A stretch of 64,000 bases of DNA from IMG/VR virus record IMGVR_UViG_3300035698_020096, positions 16,174-80,173 of that record; one strand, 5' to 3'. Positions within the stretch are counted from its first letter, which is position 1. Each line of letters starts with the position of its first letter. The DNA is from a virus. The notes beneath the pieces are model-generated. The model worked only from the letters and a program-made list of their open reading frames with translations, made no database searches and was not told where the DNA came from. This document shows, one piece after another, positions 29,317 to 39,589 of the stretch. Position numbers and translations under genes: made by a program.

Positions 29317-30564
29317 ATGAGTAAGCGAGAAAAGTACGAGAAGTTATTAAATAATGTAAATGTAGTAGCTGCATTACATATGATTAATCAAGTTGAATCT
29401 AATTATGGTTCAGATTCATACGGAGTTATATTTGGGGGTAGTACCCCTCCATTAGGTACAGACCATCCTAGAATAAGCGTACCTAGGAATGATGGTACAG
29501 GGAGAACTAGTAATGCTGCGGGTAGATATCAATTCATGTCTTTCACCTGGGATGAAGTTAATCAAAATATTGGACCTTTAGATTTCTCCAATCCTAGGCA
29601 TCAAGATATAGCTGCTATTGAACGTATAGAGGTAAGAGGAGTATTAGATGCTGTTATTAAAGGAGATATAGAATTCGCTCTTACAGGAGGACATCCTGCT
29701 TCTATGGGAGTAGATGCTTGTTACTTATATCCTTCTGGGATGGCTTGTGAATGGGCTGGTTTAGCCCCTAGTAGGTATGGTCAAGGTGACGCTACTATAG
29801 CTCAGAATATAGCTGACTTCGAGAAGTTTAAAGGAGTACCTTTACCTAAAGGAGGGGGTACTCCCACTGATACAAGCAGTAATGTACCTACTACACCTGG
29901 AGATGGTAATCAAACAGCTATGCAAGCTTTCTCTGCATCAGTAAAGTATGGGGCCTCATCTATCGTTGGATTCTTAGGAGATACTAAACGAGGTATTCTC
30001 TGTCATCAGATAAGGTTATGTAAAGTAGAGGCAGGAAATCCACCTACTTCTGTTATGAAAGTAATGGGAGGTGAAGGTAACTTAACAGGCTTCACTCCTG
30101 GTATGAATAGTACAGCTACAAATGCTAATTCAGGAGGTGCTCTTAAAGCTGGAGAGTTTACACCTAGACCGGGAGCTTATATAAGTTCTGCACCGGGGGT
30201 ACCAGTAAACTCTCCTTTTGGCATGAGAGGGGGACGCATGCACAATGGAGTGGACCAAGCTGCGCCGGAAGGTACTCCCTTACTAGCCTCAGGGGATGGG
30301 ACAGTAACTGTAACTGGATATGAACCAGGTTATGGAAACCATGTTTTTATTAAACACTCCGATGGGCTTACTACTACCTATAACCATATTTTAGATGGAG
30401 GTACTAAAGTAAAGGCAGGTCAAAAAGTAAAACAAGGAGATGTTATTGCTCTAATGGGTACTACAGGTAGAAGTTCAGGACCTCATATTCACTTTGAATT
30501 CTGGAGAGGAGACCCGGATGCTGGTACTCCCATTGACCCTCAAACTATTATTCCCGACCTCTAA
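29317..30564 (+). CDS. Lambda-R-like lysozyme/transglycosylase + M23 endopeptidase
   Basis: VES...AAGRYQFMSFTW...FSNPRHQD; HNGVD, YNH and HIHFE zinc motifs. Confidence 0.9.
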   Translation: MSKREKYEKLLNNVNVVAALHMINQVESNYGSDSYGVIFGGSTPPLGTDHPRISVPRNDGTGRTSNAAGRYQFMSFTWDEVNQNIGPLDFSNPRHQDIAAIERIEVRGVLDAVIKGDIEFALTGGHPASMGVDACYLYPSGMACEWAGLAPSRYGQGDATIAQNIADFEKFKGVPLPKGGGTPTDTSSNVPTTPGDGNQTAMQAFSASVKYGASSIVGFLGDTKRGILCHQIRLCKVEAGNPPTSVMKVMGGEGNLTGFTPGMNSTATNANSGGALKAGEFTPRPGAYISSAPGVPVNSPFGMRGGRMHNGVDQAAPEGTPLLASGDGTVTVTGYEPGYGNHVFIKHSDGLTTTYNHILDGGTKVKAGQKVKQGDVIALMGTTGRSSGPHIHFEFWRGDPDAGTPIDPQTIIPDL

Positions 30565-31193
30565 TGAATTATTCAGATTGTATATATGAAGCAGTAAGAA
30601 AAGAGAATGGTAATAAATATCATGTATCTCTAATATCTATTCTCTTTGAACCTTCTTTTCTATTAGACAATGAAACTATATTACATGACCATAGAGCTCT
30701 TTTTCCTCTATTGAGTTTAGTACCAGTTAACTTAATGATTCTTTTAACTCTTTATCTAAATGAAGATGAGGAAAGATTGTTTAATAGTTATAAGAAATCT
30801 TATGGGGAAAAGAGGGTTATATCTTCTACTCTGGACCCCTTAACTATCATTACCCTTAATCAAAACTTTACTGGTAATCCTCATATAAATCTTCTACCCA
30901 ATATCATTCAAGTATTTAGAACAGACAAAGATAGATACAAATACTTAGGCTTTCTTTTAGGTATTGATAACTTGTTGATAGATGATAGTCTTCCCTTAGT
31001 ACAGAAGTTGGATTCATTAATCACTCAGGTATGCCCTACATGTGATATATCAGTTAAAGACGCTTTGTTAAGTCTGATTAGTACTAATGATAAGAAAAGG
31101 GCATTAGAGATATTAAGTAATCAAATATATAGATATAAAGAAGATACGACTATATTTCTTATTAATAAATTGATAGATGAACTAAATGGCTAA
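30564..31193 (+). CDS. Hypothetical helical protein
   Basis: Translationally coupled ORF (TAATG overlap). Confidence 0.6.
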   Translation: MNYSDCIYEAVRKENGNKYHVSLISILFEPSFLLDNETILHDHRALFPLLSLVPVNLMILLTLYLNEDEERLFNSYKKSYGEKRVISSTLDPLTIITLNQNFTGNPHINLLPNIIQVFRTDKDRYKYLGFLLGIDNLLIDDSLPLVQKLDSLITQVCPTCDISVKDALLSLISTNDKKRALEILSNQIYRYKEDTTIFLINKLIDELNG

Positions 31194-32433
31194 GTTAGAC
31201 AGCAAACCAATATTACATAGATATAGCCATATAGGTGAGGAATTAAATGACCCTTATTATGAAGCTCTATGGGATAAATCAGAAGCCTCCATTCTTAGAT
31301 ATAAACATATACTCTTTACTATTAAATCTAATCTAAGTAATCCTAGAGTAACTAAACTTGAAAGATTAAATAATGTAATCCATTCTTATTTAATAACGCT
31401 TTTAATTAGTTCTTATATAGGAGACCAAGGTAGAACTTCAATAACCCCTCATTTTAATAAGTTAATTAAATATAATCCTGAATTTAATATAAGAAATCTC
31501 TACCCTTCTACCCCCTATGTAAAGTCTTTAGTAGATGATAGATTATGTACCTGGGGAGGACCCTTTGGTACTATTACTTATTTCCTTCATCTAGTTCAAA
31601 TGAAGAAGGAATATTTAACTCCTTCACAAATAACTAGTTTATCTATTAGAACCTGTGTAAAGTTTAATACTCTTAATCCTAAATTTCCTATTGACTCTTT
31701 AACTGAGTACGAGGATTACATCTCTAACTACCCTCTTCAGATATTAGAGATTGAAGATATAAAGAAAGCTTTTAATCTGTTAGATAAATTAGTTAATATC
31801 TTACCCCTTATTCTTAATTGGTATCTAGGCTCATATATGAGTAGAGGAATACCTAATCCCCCTGCTTCTCCTATCCCTAGTAGTAATGAATACGAAGCTT
31901 ATAAGACTCTAGCAGACATAGGTAAACTTTTAATGTCTAGGGGCTTAGATGGAAAGAGTGGTTTAACTTCCTATGATTTAATTCATCAATCCTTACCACC
32001 CATATGGACTTCTACTATTGAAGATGTAATAGCTATTAGAGAAAATACTTTATATGATATTAACTTCAATAATGAAACTCCTCATGAGAATCTATGTAGA
32101 CAATTGATTGGTTCTATATCTAGAGGGAATCAAGGAGTAATAAGAAAAGCTAATTATCAGATACTTAATAATATGTTTCCCCCAGGAGGATATAATCTAT
32201 TACTTCTGATTACAGCTTTAGCCCTGGTTAATAGAGCTTATATACTAACCTTTCCTCCTAATGAACCTACAACCCAAGATATAAATAAAGCCTTGGGTGC
32301 GATATATAAAGCAGGTATATGTTTAAGAAAGAGTAATCTAAATCATTTAATGCTTATTGGTAATAACTTGACTCAACTATCTAATAAGAGCGATAATTCC
32401 CCTATTAATATAAAGGACCCTAGGTATGAATGA
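31186..32433 (+). CDS. Hypothetical helical protein
   Basis: 415-aa ORF overlapping both neighbours. Confidence 0.6.
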   Translation: MAKLDSKPILHRYSHIGEELNDPYYEALWDKSEASILRYKHILFTIKSNLSNPRVTKLERLNNVIHSYLITLLISSYIGDQGRTSITPHFNKLIKYNPEFNIRNLYPSTPYVKSLVDDRLCTWGGPFGTITYFLHLVQMKKEYLTPSQITSLSIRTCVKFNTLNPKFPIDSLTEYEDYISNYPLQILEIEDIKKAFNLLDKLVNILPLILNWYLGSYMSRGIPNPPASPIPSSNEYEAYKTLADIGKLLMSRGLDGKSGLTSYDLIHQSLPPIWTSTIEDVIAIRENTLYDINFNNETPHENLCRQLIGSISRGNQGVIRKANYQILNNMFPPGGYNLLLLITALALVNRAYILTFPPNEPTTQDINKALGAIYKAGICLRKSNLNHLMLIGNNLTQLSNKSDNSPINIKDPRYE

Positions 32434-35400
32434 AGAGAAAGATGATTTACTTGAATCTGTAGATAAAGATTTAAATCAACATATAGCTATGGCTGAAGAG
32501 CTATTGGACTATACAGATAATGTAACTAATAAACAATCCGAAGCCCCCGATTTAAATAGTAAAGATGTAAGTTCAGAGGATTTAATACCAGCTAATATTC
32601 TATCTGAACCTAGATATGCTGCTTTTGGTGCAGGACCAATAGAGACAGCTCAGAATACAGTTACTGAAACTATGACTAAATCAGTAAAGAATACCTCTGA
32701 TAAGGTTGAAACTGTGGCTGCCCTTAGTAGTGATAAAGCTGAGGGTTCTATTGAGGGTTCTATTGAGGATGGTTATAAATCTATACTTGCACAAGTAAAT
32801 AAGGGTACTAATAATAAAGCTGTAGAAGCATTAGAAGAAGCTAAGAATAATGTAGAAGGAAGTAATGGTGTAGCTATTGTATCCAATACTGAAGTACAGG
32901 TATCTTCCTTTAATACATTCTCTATTAATTCAGGTAGAGTAGGAACTATTCAAGCCCCTCTTTTAGTATCCCAAGCTTCTAGTAATATTGATTATTCCGA
33001 AGTAAAGACTATCATCAATAATCTTCAGAATGAGAGAAGCAGATATAGATATGCTGAAAGTGATAGAGATATTAATGTAACTAATAAGGATTTGAGAGTA
33101 GCTCAATCAAGTGAAGAAAGAGTGCTTAGAAAGAGTCTGGAAGCTGTTCAATCCTATGATGAAACCTCCAGTCTTATAGCTAGGAACAGTGAGAAGGATA
33201 CAGTTATTACAGATAACAGAGAATCCTTTGTAACTCAGGATGATATTCAACAGGCTCAGAAAGGAGGTATTCATTTCGTAATAGGTAATAGTGGTACTCC
33301 TGCTAACGCACCTGCACTATTTAGACCCATTCTTCCTGGTGAATTTAATCCTATGCAACAAACTCTATGGTCTATGAAAGGAGGGAAAATAGAGGCTACA
33401 TCTACCCATGAGTTTAATCTTAAGACTGGGAAGAGTAATACCACTGCTAAGAATATAGGTCTTATAGCTAAAGACAATCTTTCCTCTATTGCTTCCAATA
33501 ATGGAGTATATGGGGATATGACAACAATGATTGGTAAGAAAGCTCTTAGTACTGGAACTGACCTTCTATTTATGACTACTATGATTGGTAAGTTTACCTT
33601 TATGGGTGGCTTTTTATCTGTACTTCATCAGATATTAGATAGTGATATATCCCGAGTAGCACAGATAATTCTACCTCGTATTAAACTACCTACTAATTTA
33701 CCTATCCCTCCTTTACCTCCTAAAGCCTCCGCTTATACTGAGATTGACCTAAGAAAGTGTTTACCTAACTATGAAGACGATACCATTGCTGGGTATGAGT
33801 CAGATGATGGGTTAAGTAGACCCTCAGACTCTCTTGACTTTAGCGGTAGTAATGATGGGGGTATAGTAACACCTACATTTGAAGAGTTGGATGACTTAAG
33901 TGGAAATACTCAATCATCTGACGGAGATATTATTACTGGAAGTCAAGGGAATGATATGAACACTAGTAATAGGTCTGTTGGTAATTCACCTAGAGCTGAG
34001 CCTAACGCTTCCATTAATACTCCTCCTACAAGAGCAGAAACAAGGGCTGAGTTGAACAAACAGAAAGCAGTTAATAACGAGATTATTCCTGCTTCGTCTG
34101 ATAGTGGACCTCCTTCTTCTGTTGCCTGGAAGGAAGCTCAAACTAGTACTGAAAGTGTTACTACTGAAACCACTTCTTCTTCTTCTAGTACTTCTACTTC
34201 TTCTTCTAGTACTTCAGCCACCGATACATTTAAACAGAGTCAAGGAGGTGTTGATTTAACTCATAAGACAGCGTTTACTCCTAACACTTACTTAGAGATA
34301 TACCAATTAAAACCTCTTAAGTTTAATAATTTTAATGAACCCCCAGTTGATAATCCAAACTCTACGGTCAAAGAGGGAGTCCAAGCTATTACTATTAACT
34401 TTCTAAATGAAGAATTAAAGAAGGATTCTATTTTAACTGATATAGATAAGAAGATACTTGAAGATAAAGCTAAGAGTATGGAAGTATTTGAAGCTTTACA
34501 AAGAGGTGAGATACCTGAAGATTTAACTGATAATCAAAAAGCATTTCTTAAGAAAGTACTAGAGTCTCTTTCTATAACTGTAGGTATTGGAGCTATATCT
34601 ATCCCTGGAATTATTAAATCTTTAGTGCCTGATACTGTATCTAGATTTATAGATAAAGTTACTCAGGTAGGAGATAAGTTACTAAGTAAGGTTAATACTA
34701 ATACTAATGACCTTATATCTAATTTAAAGGAAGGTAAGAAAGAGGCTCTTATTGGAATAGGTAAATCAGCTTTAAAGGGAATTCAATCAGGAGATATAAC
34801 GGGTATAAAAGCGAAACTTAATGATTTGATGCTAGATATATTTCAAGAACAAGGTGGAATAGTTCCTACATTTCCTAGTGAATCAAATCCTTTAGATGGT
34901 AATGTTCTTAGAGATATAATCATTCCTCCTGATTTATATGGGGATATATCCCCTATTCTAGTTAGTTACATTCTTGAACCTGAAAGTTCTATTGAATCTA
35001 TTGAGTCCTTAGTTAAAACTACTCTTAGAGATTACTTTGGAGATAAGGTTGATAATGCTGAATCTATATATAGGAAGATATCTCCTCTTATTAAGAAGGT
35101 TAAGAATGGAGATATTCTAGACCTAATAAGTAAAGGCAATTTAAGAAATACTGTTTCTACTCTAGGAGGGGATTCTTTAGTCAATCAAGTAGATTCAGTA
35201 ATAGATAATATTGAGTCTATTATTGGTACTACTAGGTCTATTCAAGCTATACCTGCTCTTCTAAAACTAATGAATGAAGAGAAGATACCTACTTTATCTA
35301 AAGTAAGTACTATTCTTTCTTGTTTAGACTTAGCTGATAGAATATCTGATTTAGTAGGTATAGCTAAATCTCCACTTACATATACACCTAAAGCGGATAT

Positions 35401-35842
35401 CCCAGAGGTATTTACTTTCTTTGATGAAATAGAAGCTGTGGATGAAACCCTTTTTAAAGATATAGATACAGAAGAAGGGGCTGTTTCGTCTATCTATAAT
35501 AATTACTCAGCTAAGTTAAATCCTTATATGGATACAGCTTTAGTAACTCAACAACCCACCTGCGCTCCGCCCCAAATAACTAATATTCCTTCTAATGAAA
35601 TAGTTAGAACTACTAATGGGGACAAAGACTCATCCCTAGGTTTTATTACTTATCCCAAACCCAATAAGTCTTTATCTTTAAGTGAGTTTATAACTATGGT
35701 TAAAGAAAGTCTAGTTGATACTCAATTTCTTATTAGTATTAATAGCGATACTAAAGAGCAACTAGCTCCAATAGAAAAGGATTCCTTCTTTATTAATGCT
35801 AAGAAATACCCTGATACATATCAAGTTAACATCTATTACTAA
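32426..35842 (+). CDS. Large baseplate/tail protein with gp5-C-like beta-repeat segments, Ser/Thr linker and helical region
   Basis: GVAIVSNTEVQVSS.NTFSINS and GKIEATSTHEFNLKT ~8-residue periodicity; TSSSSSSTSTSSSSTS tract. Confidence 0.5.
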   Translation: MNEEKDDLLESVDKDLNQHIAMAEELLDYTDNVTNKQSEAPDLNSKDVSSEDLIPANILSEPRYAAFGAGPIETAQNTVTETMTKSVKNTSDKVETVAALSSDKAEGSIEGSIEDGYKSILAQVNKGTNNKAVEALEEAKNNVEGSNGVAIVSNTEVQVSSFNTFSINSGRVGTIQAPLLVSQASSNIDYSEVKTIINNLQNERSRYRYAESDRDINVTNKDLRVAQSSEERVLRKSLEAVQSYDETSSLIARNSEKDTVITDNRESFVTQDDIQQAQKGGIHFVIGNSGTPANAPALFRPILPGEFNPMQQTLWSMKGGKIEATSTHEFNLKTGKSNTTAKNIGLIAKDNLSSIASNNGVYGDMTTMIGKKALSTGTDLLFMTTMIGKFTFMGGFLSVLHQILDSDISRVAQIILPRIKLPTNLPIPPLPPKASAYTEIDLRKCLPNYEDDTIAGYESDDGLSRPSDSLDFSGSNDGGIVTPTFEELDDLSGNTQSSDGDIITGSQGNDMNTSNRSVGNSPRAEPNASINTPPTRAETRAELNKQKAVNNEIIPASSDSGPPSSVAWKEAQTSTESVTTETTSSSSSTSTSSSSTSATDTFKQSQGGVDLTHKTAFTPNTYLEIYQLKPLKFNNFNEPPVDNPNSTVKEGVQAITINFLNEELKKDSILTDIDKKILEDKAKSMEVFEALQRGEIPEDLTDNQKAFLKKVLESLSITVGIGAISIPGIIKSLVPDTVSRFIDKVTQVGDKLLSKVNTNTNDLISNLKEGKKEALIGIGKSALKGIQSGDITGIKAKLNDLMLDIFQEQGGIVPTFPSESNPLDGNVLRDIIIPPDLYGDISPILVSYILEPESSIESIESLVKTTLRDYFGDKVDNAESIYRKISPLIKKVKNGDILDLISKGNLRNTVSTLGGDSLVNQVDSVIDNIESIIGTTRSIQAIPALLKLMNEEKIPTLSKVSTILSCLDLADRISDLVGIAKSPLTYTPKADIPEVFTFFDEIEAVDETLFKDIDTEEGAVSSIYNNYSAKLNPYMDTALVTQQPTCAPPQITNIPSNEIVRTTNGDKDSSLGFITYPKPNKSLSLSEFITMVKESLVDTQFLISINSDTKEQLAPIEKDSFFINAKKYPDTYQVNIYY

Positions 35843-35864
35843 TAAAGGTGAATAAGAGTAAACA

Positions 35865-36482
35865 ATGGAAGATATAAAAGTTCAGGCCTCAGATTTAGAT
35901 TTAACCTCTACTTCTTTATTAGTTAAAGATAAGTCTATACCTTTATCAGAAATACAAACAGTAATCATTACTTCCAGTACAGGGCAACCTTTATATACCT
36001 GGGTATCTCAAGATATACCTCTGACTCAAAGACCTCATGAGATAAAACCTGATGGAACTATGAGTATCACTCCCACTAATATAAGGGAGAGACCTCTTGA
36101 TATCCAAGGAAATATAACTCTTCCTGCCTGTACTTTTCCTATGCTTATCAAGCAATTCCTAGATATAACTTTAGAAGCTCTGCCCATGATTACTTTTATA
36201 GATATAGCCCTAGATAATAAGAAAATGTTGGGCGTAACTCCTTATCAATTCTCAGTTATATCAGATTCTAAATTAGATATAAATGGAAGATTAATAGAGT
36301 TACAAACTATAAGAGGCATTAAGACTTCTAGTTATGAAGGAGATTTGGCCATATGGGTTAAAGAGGGTAATGGGGTTATATGGGAGTTACAAGATGAAGA
36401 AGAAGTTGATTCTTCTATTGAACCATTTATTCTCCAAGCTAAGAAATATAGCAACGACTTCTCTATAAATATTTACTACTAA
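35865..36482 (+). CDS. Hypothetical structural protein (apparent chimera of its neighbours)
   Basis: C-terminus resembles that of ORF 32426; N-terminus resembles that of ORF 36498. Confidence 0.55.
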   Translation: MEDIKVQASDLDLTSTSLLVKDKSIPLSEIQTVIITSSTGQPLYTWVSQDIPLTQRPHEIKPDGTMSITPTNIRERPLDIQGNITLPACTFPMLIKQFLDITLEALPMITFIDIALDNKKMLGVTPYQFSVISDSKLDINGRLIELQTIRGIKTSSYEGDLAIWVKEGNGVIWELQDEEEVDSSIEPFILQAKKYSNDFSINIYY

Positions 36483-36497
36483 AACCTAACTAGAACA

Positions 36498-36992
36498 ATG
36501 AGTGTATCAAAGTTAACTTTAAAACCTTCTGAGTTAAATGTGGAAGGGAGACATCTAGCCCCTTCTAACAAGCCTAAGATATTAATATCTGATATTAAGA
36601 GAATAGAAATTGTGGATAGTAATGGAAATCAAATAGATTCTTGGGGTCCAGATATAAAAGTAAGTAATAAGCTAGAGCCTATTGAATCAAGTCTTATAAC
36701 TCTAAAGCAAGGGTTACATTCTTTTATCACGGTTATATATGAAGATAAAGGCCAGATAGCTTCAGTTAATGTAAACAAAGACCTAGGTAATCTATCCGTA
36801 ATAAGTAAGGATGACGGTTCGGTTTATTTATCTATAAATGATTCTTATCTAGACACTAATAAAGTATTCTATTTAGTTCCTACTATTGATAATAAATCAG
36901 TAGGACAATATATAACTATTACTGAGGCGTCTGTTTGTAATGGTCAGTCTCCTTTTGAGAATGCCAATTGTTATTTAGAGCAATACCTATGA
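36498..36992 (+). CDS. Hypothetical protein
   Basis: 164-aa ORF in the operon. Confidence 0.55.
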   Translation: MSVSKLTLKPSELNVEGRHLAPSNKPKILISDIKRIEIVDSNGNQIDSWGPDIKVSNKLEPIESSLITLKQGLHSFITVIYEDKGQIASVNVNKDLGNLSVISKDDGSVYLSINDSYLDTNKVFYLVPTIDNKSVGQYITITEASVCNGQSPFENANCYLEQYL

Positions 36993-37507
36993 ATTTAAAA
37001 GACATAGCAGAAGTACTAGAAACATTACCTAGATTGATTCAAGTAATGAATACAACTCAAGTCTTATCTGATTCTGATATTAACAGATGTAAACATGCTT
37101 CTATTCTTAGATACTTAAAAGCTAACTATTCCCGTACTTGTTTAAACTTAGATGTTCTAAATTCTCAATTAGAAGTTATTGCGTTATTAGATAGAGGATG
37201 TATTAAATTCTATTCCATTACAGATATATCCATTAATAGTCCGGTTAAAGTATGTATTCCCACTTACTACAGAGTTAGGGATAATAGGCCATTAGTTCCA
37301 TTTAAGTCCGATAGAGAATATACTCCTACTAATTTAGATGCTAAAGTTATAGACTTTTCTATAGACACTAAAGAAGGTATATGTAGAATAAGTCCTTTAC
37401 CCCTTATCCTTAAAGATAGTTCAGATAATGTAAGTTACGAGTATAGTACTAATGACTTAGGAGTCTTATTACTGCCTGATATTAAAGATATATATTTACT
37501 ACAATGA
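36989..37507 (+). CDS. Hypothetical protein
   Basis: ATGA overlap with the upstream stop is preferred over the track start at 36968. Confidence 0.55.
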   Translation: MNLKDIAEVLETLPRLIQVMNTTQVLSDSDINRCKHASILRYLKANYSRTCLNLDVLNSQLEVIALLDRGCIKFYSITDISINSPVKVCIPTYYRVRDNRPLVPFKSDREYTPTNLDAKVIDFSIDTKEGICRISPLPLILKDSSDNVSYEYSTNDLGVLLLPDIKDIYLLQ

Positions 37508-37719
37508 AGATTAAAACATTTCATTTACAAAGAGACTCAGACCCATCAGGGGTGACGGGGCTGGGAATAGTAGCTATAGGAGTACAATTTCCTAATGGTA
37601 GATGTGTAATGTCTTGGGTAGATTACTATAGTGCCATTGGTATCTACGAAAACATTCAGCAACTAACCGCTATTCATGGTCATGGAGGTGATACTAAAGT
37701 AGTATGGCAAGAAGATTAG
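37504..37719 (+). CDS. Small conserved phage protein of unknown function
   Basis: FHLQRDSDPSGVTGLGIVA.GVQF..G...W...IHGHGGDT matches a widespread small phage family I recognise but cannot name. Confidence 0.65.
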   Translation: MKIKTFHLQRDSDPSGVTGLGIVAIGVQFPNGRCVMSWVDYYSAIGIYENIQQLTAIHGHGGDTKVVWQED

Positions 37720-38072
37720 ATTCTATAGCTCCCCCTAATATAGGTGCATCCGGTATAGCTTTTCTTTTATATATAAAGAACTTAACAGTTAAGGATGTAG
37801 GTAAATCGCTTTTAATTAGAGTAATTAGTAAGACTTCTACTCCTTCATTATGTGGAGATAAAGGAATAGAAGTTATTTGGGAGAAATCTATCCCTATAAA
37901 TGATGACCAAATGCTAGTTCTTATAGATAAGAAACTACATAAAGGTATCTATACCATTTCCATCAGGTATAAAAACTCAAGTGTTAATAGAACTATTACC
38001 AAATATGATTCATCTAGATTCACATTAGGTCTACCTTATTCTTCTTATCCTCCTTTTGAACTTCTTCTATAG
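37704..38072 (+). CDS. Hypothetical beta-rich protein
   Basis: ORF overlapping the upstream gene. Confidence 0.5.
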   Translation: MARRLDSIAPPNIGASGIAFLLYIKNLTVKDVGKSLLIRVISKTSTPSLCGDKGIEVIWEKSIPINDDQMLVLIDKKLHKGIYTISIRYKNSSVNRTITKYDSSRFTLGLPYSSYPPFELLL

Positions 38073-38076
38073 AAAT

Positions 38077-38532
38077 ATGATTGATTTAATAATACATAAT
38101 GGAGACCTAGCTCTTCAGCAATCAGACCTTACTGATGGTACTCAAGGAGAGACTAATTATCATAAAGACCTGGCTTTAAAAGGGAGAGAAGCTGTTCTAA
38201 TGAACCTTCTAAGAAGAGCAGTAGAAACCCCTATTACCCATATAGGTAGATATGTAGTAGATAACAAAGGGGTTAGGAAGTTAGACCTTAGCTATGGAAA
38301 TGGTATTTATTTGGAGTTATCTGAACCAGTTACATTAGACTGGGTGAAAAGAGCTGAGGACCATATAAGAAGTGCTGTGTCCTTTCTTCCTACTGACATT
38401 AAGATTACCTCTCTTAATATCAGCCCAGATGGGTTTTATTCAGCTCGTATAGACCTTAGATATCGAATTGATGGAGGGCAAGAAACTACTCTTACATCTA
38501 GAGTTTCATTGGAGAATATAAATGCGAGTTAG
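38077..38532 (+). CDS. Baseplate wedge/sheath initiator (gp25-like)
   Basis: NGDL...L.RAVETP...SYGNGIY..LSEP, directly before baseplate J. ATG at 38077 preferred over the track start. Confidence 0.75.
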   Translation: MIDLIIHNGDLALQQSDLTDGTQGETNYHKDLALKGREAVLMNLLRRAVETPITHIGRYVVDNKGVRKLDLSYGNGIYLELSEPVTLDWVKRAEDHIRSAVSFLPTDIKITSLNISPDGFYSARIDLRYRIDGGQETTLTSRVSLENINAS

Positions 38533-39583
38533 AACAGTTGACGAAGTAGTAGAAGATATAAGAGGAGAGCTTATTAGATTAAGGTCGGAAATGGCTCCTT
38601 TTCTTAAATTCAGTAATCTCTATGCTTTATTTAGAGCTGTATCCTCAGTAATTACCGAACAAGATGCAAAGATACAAAACTTATCTAATGAAGCCTTTAT
38701 CTATACAGCTACCAAAGACTTCCTGGACCGTAAAGCAATGGACTACGGAATCCTTAGATTAGATGGTACTAAAGCCGTAGGTTCTATATTAATCAAGGGA
38801 CCTAGAACTACTATTCCTAAAGGTCTTATATTAGATACTCCTAATCAATATCTTCAATATGAAACTATTGAATCTACTACTAGTTTTAATGATGTAGAAA
38901 TACCAATTAGAATAATGAGTTTAGCTAGAACCTCCCAAGCTAATCTCCCTTCTGGGACTAGATTATATACCTCCTTATTCCCTTCTCATTCCTTTACGGT
39001 AGGAGCATATAGAGATGGAAGCAGTGTTGCTCAAAGGGGGTTTACAGGTGGAAGTGAACTAGAGACAGATGATGAATTCAGAGATAGAATTCTATCTATT
39101 ATTAAGGGACCTAATACAGGTACTATTTCTGCTATAAGAAATAGTTTAAAGACCTTACCCTTTTTAGAACGAGTGTATATAGAAGAACATTCTCCTGTAT
39201 CTGGTTACTTCACAGTAGCTACTGATATTACAGATTTAGAGAATATAAATCAGATGAAGGAACTTATTAATCAAATAAAACCTATAGGAATCTCTTATAA
39301 GATAAGAACACTTTCTTCTCAAATCGTAGATATAAATATAAGACTTAAACTTAATTCTTTAAGTCAAACTTCTACTATAGATAGTCAAATAAAGACTAAT
39401 CTAAGAACACTTAATAGAGTCTTTATACCTAATCAATCCCTAACTAAAGATATGATATCAGGAATAGTTCTTCAAGTCCCAGGAGTTCAAGGATTAGATA
39501 TATTAGCTCCTATATATGATGTAACTCCTTCTAATGGTAATTTATTACAAATAGACAAAGTGGATATAAACTTTTACACCTAA
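38522..39583 (+). CDS. Baseplate J-like protein
   Basis: TATKDFLDRKAMDYGILR, FTGGSELETDDEFRDRI, GTISAI and QVPGV motifs. Confidence 0.9.
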   Translation: MRVRTVDEVVEDIRGELIRLRSEMAPFLKFSNLYALFRAVSSVITEQDAKIQNLSNEAFIYTATKDFLDRKAMDYGILRLDGTKAVGSILIKGPRTTIPKGLILDTPNQYLQYETIESTTSFNDVEIPIRIMSLARTSQANLPSGTRLYTSLFPSHSFTVGAYRDGSSVAQRGFTGGSELETDDEFRDRILSIIKGPNTGTISAIRNSLKTLPFLERVYIEEHSPVSGYFTVATDITDLENINQMKELINQIKPIGISYKIRTLSSQIVDINIRLKLNSLSQTSTIDSQIKTNLRTLNRVFIPNQSLTKDMISGIVLQVPGVQGLDILAPIYDVTPSNGNLLQIDKVDINFYT

Positions 39584-39589
39584 TTAATC

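Noticed and set aside
34170-34215. TCT-rich microsatellite (also 12-bp duplications near 28086 and 32741)
   Set aside because: In-frame low-complexity linker coding, with no sign of frame switching.
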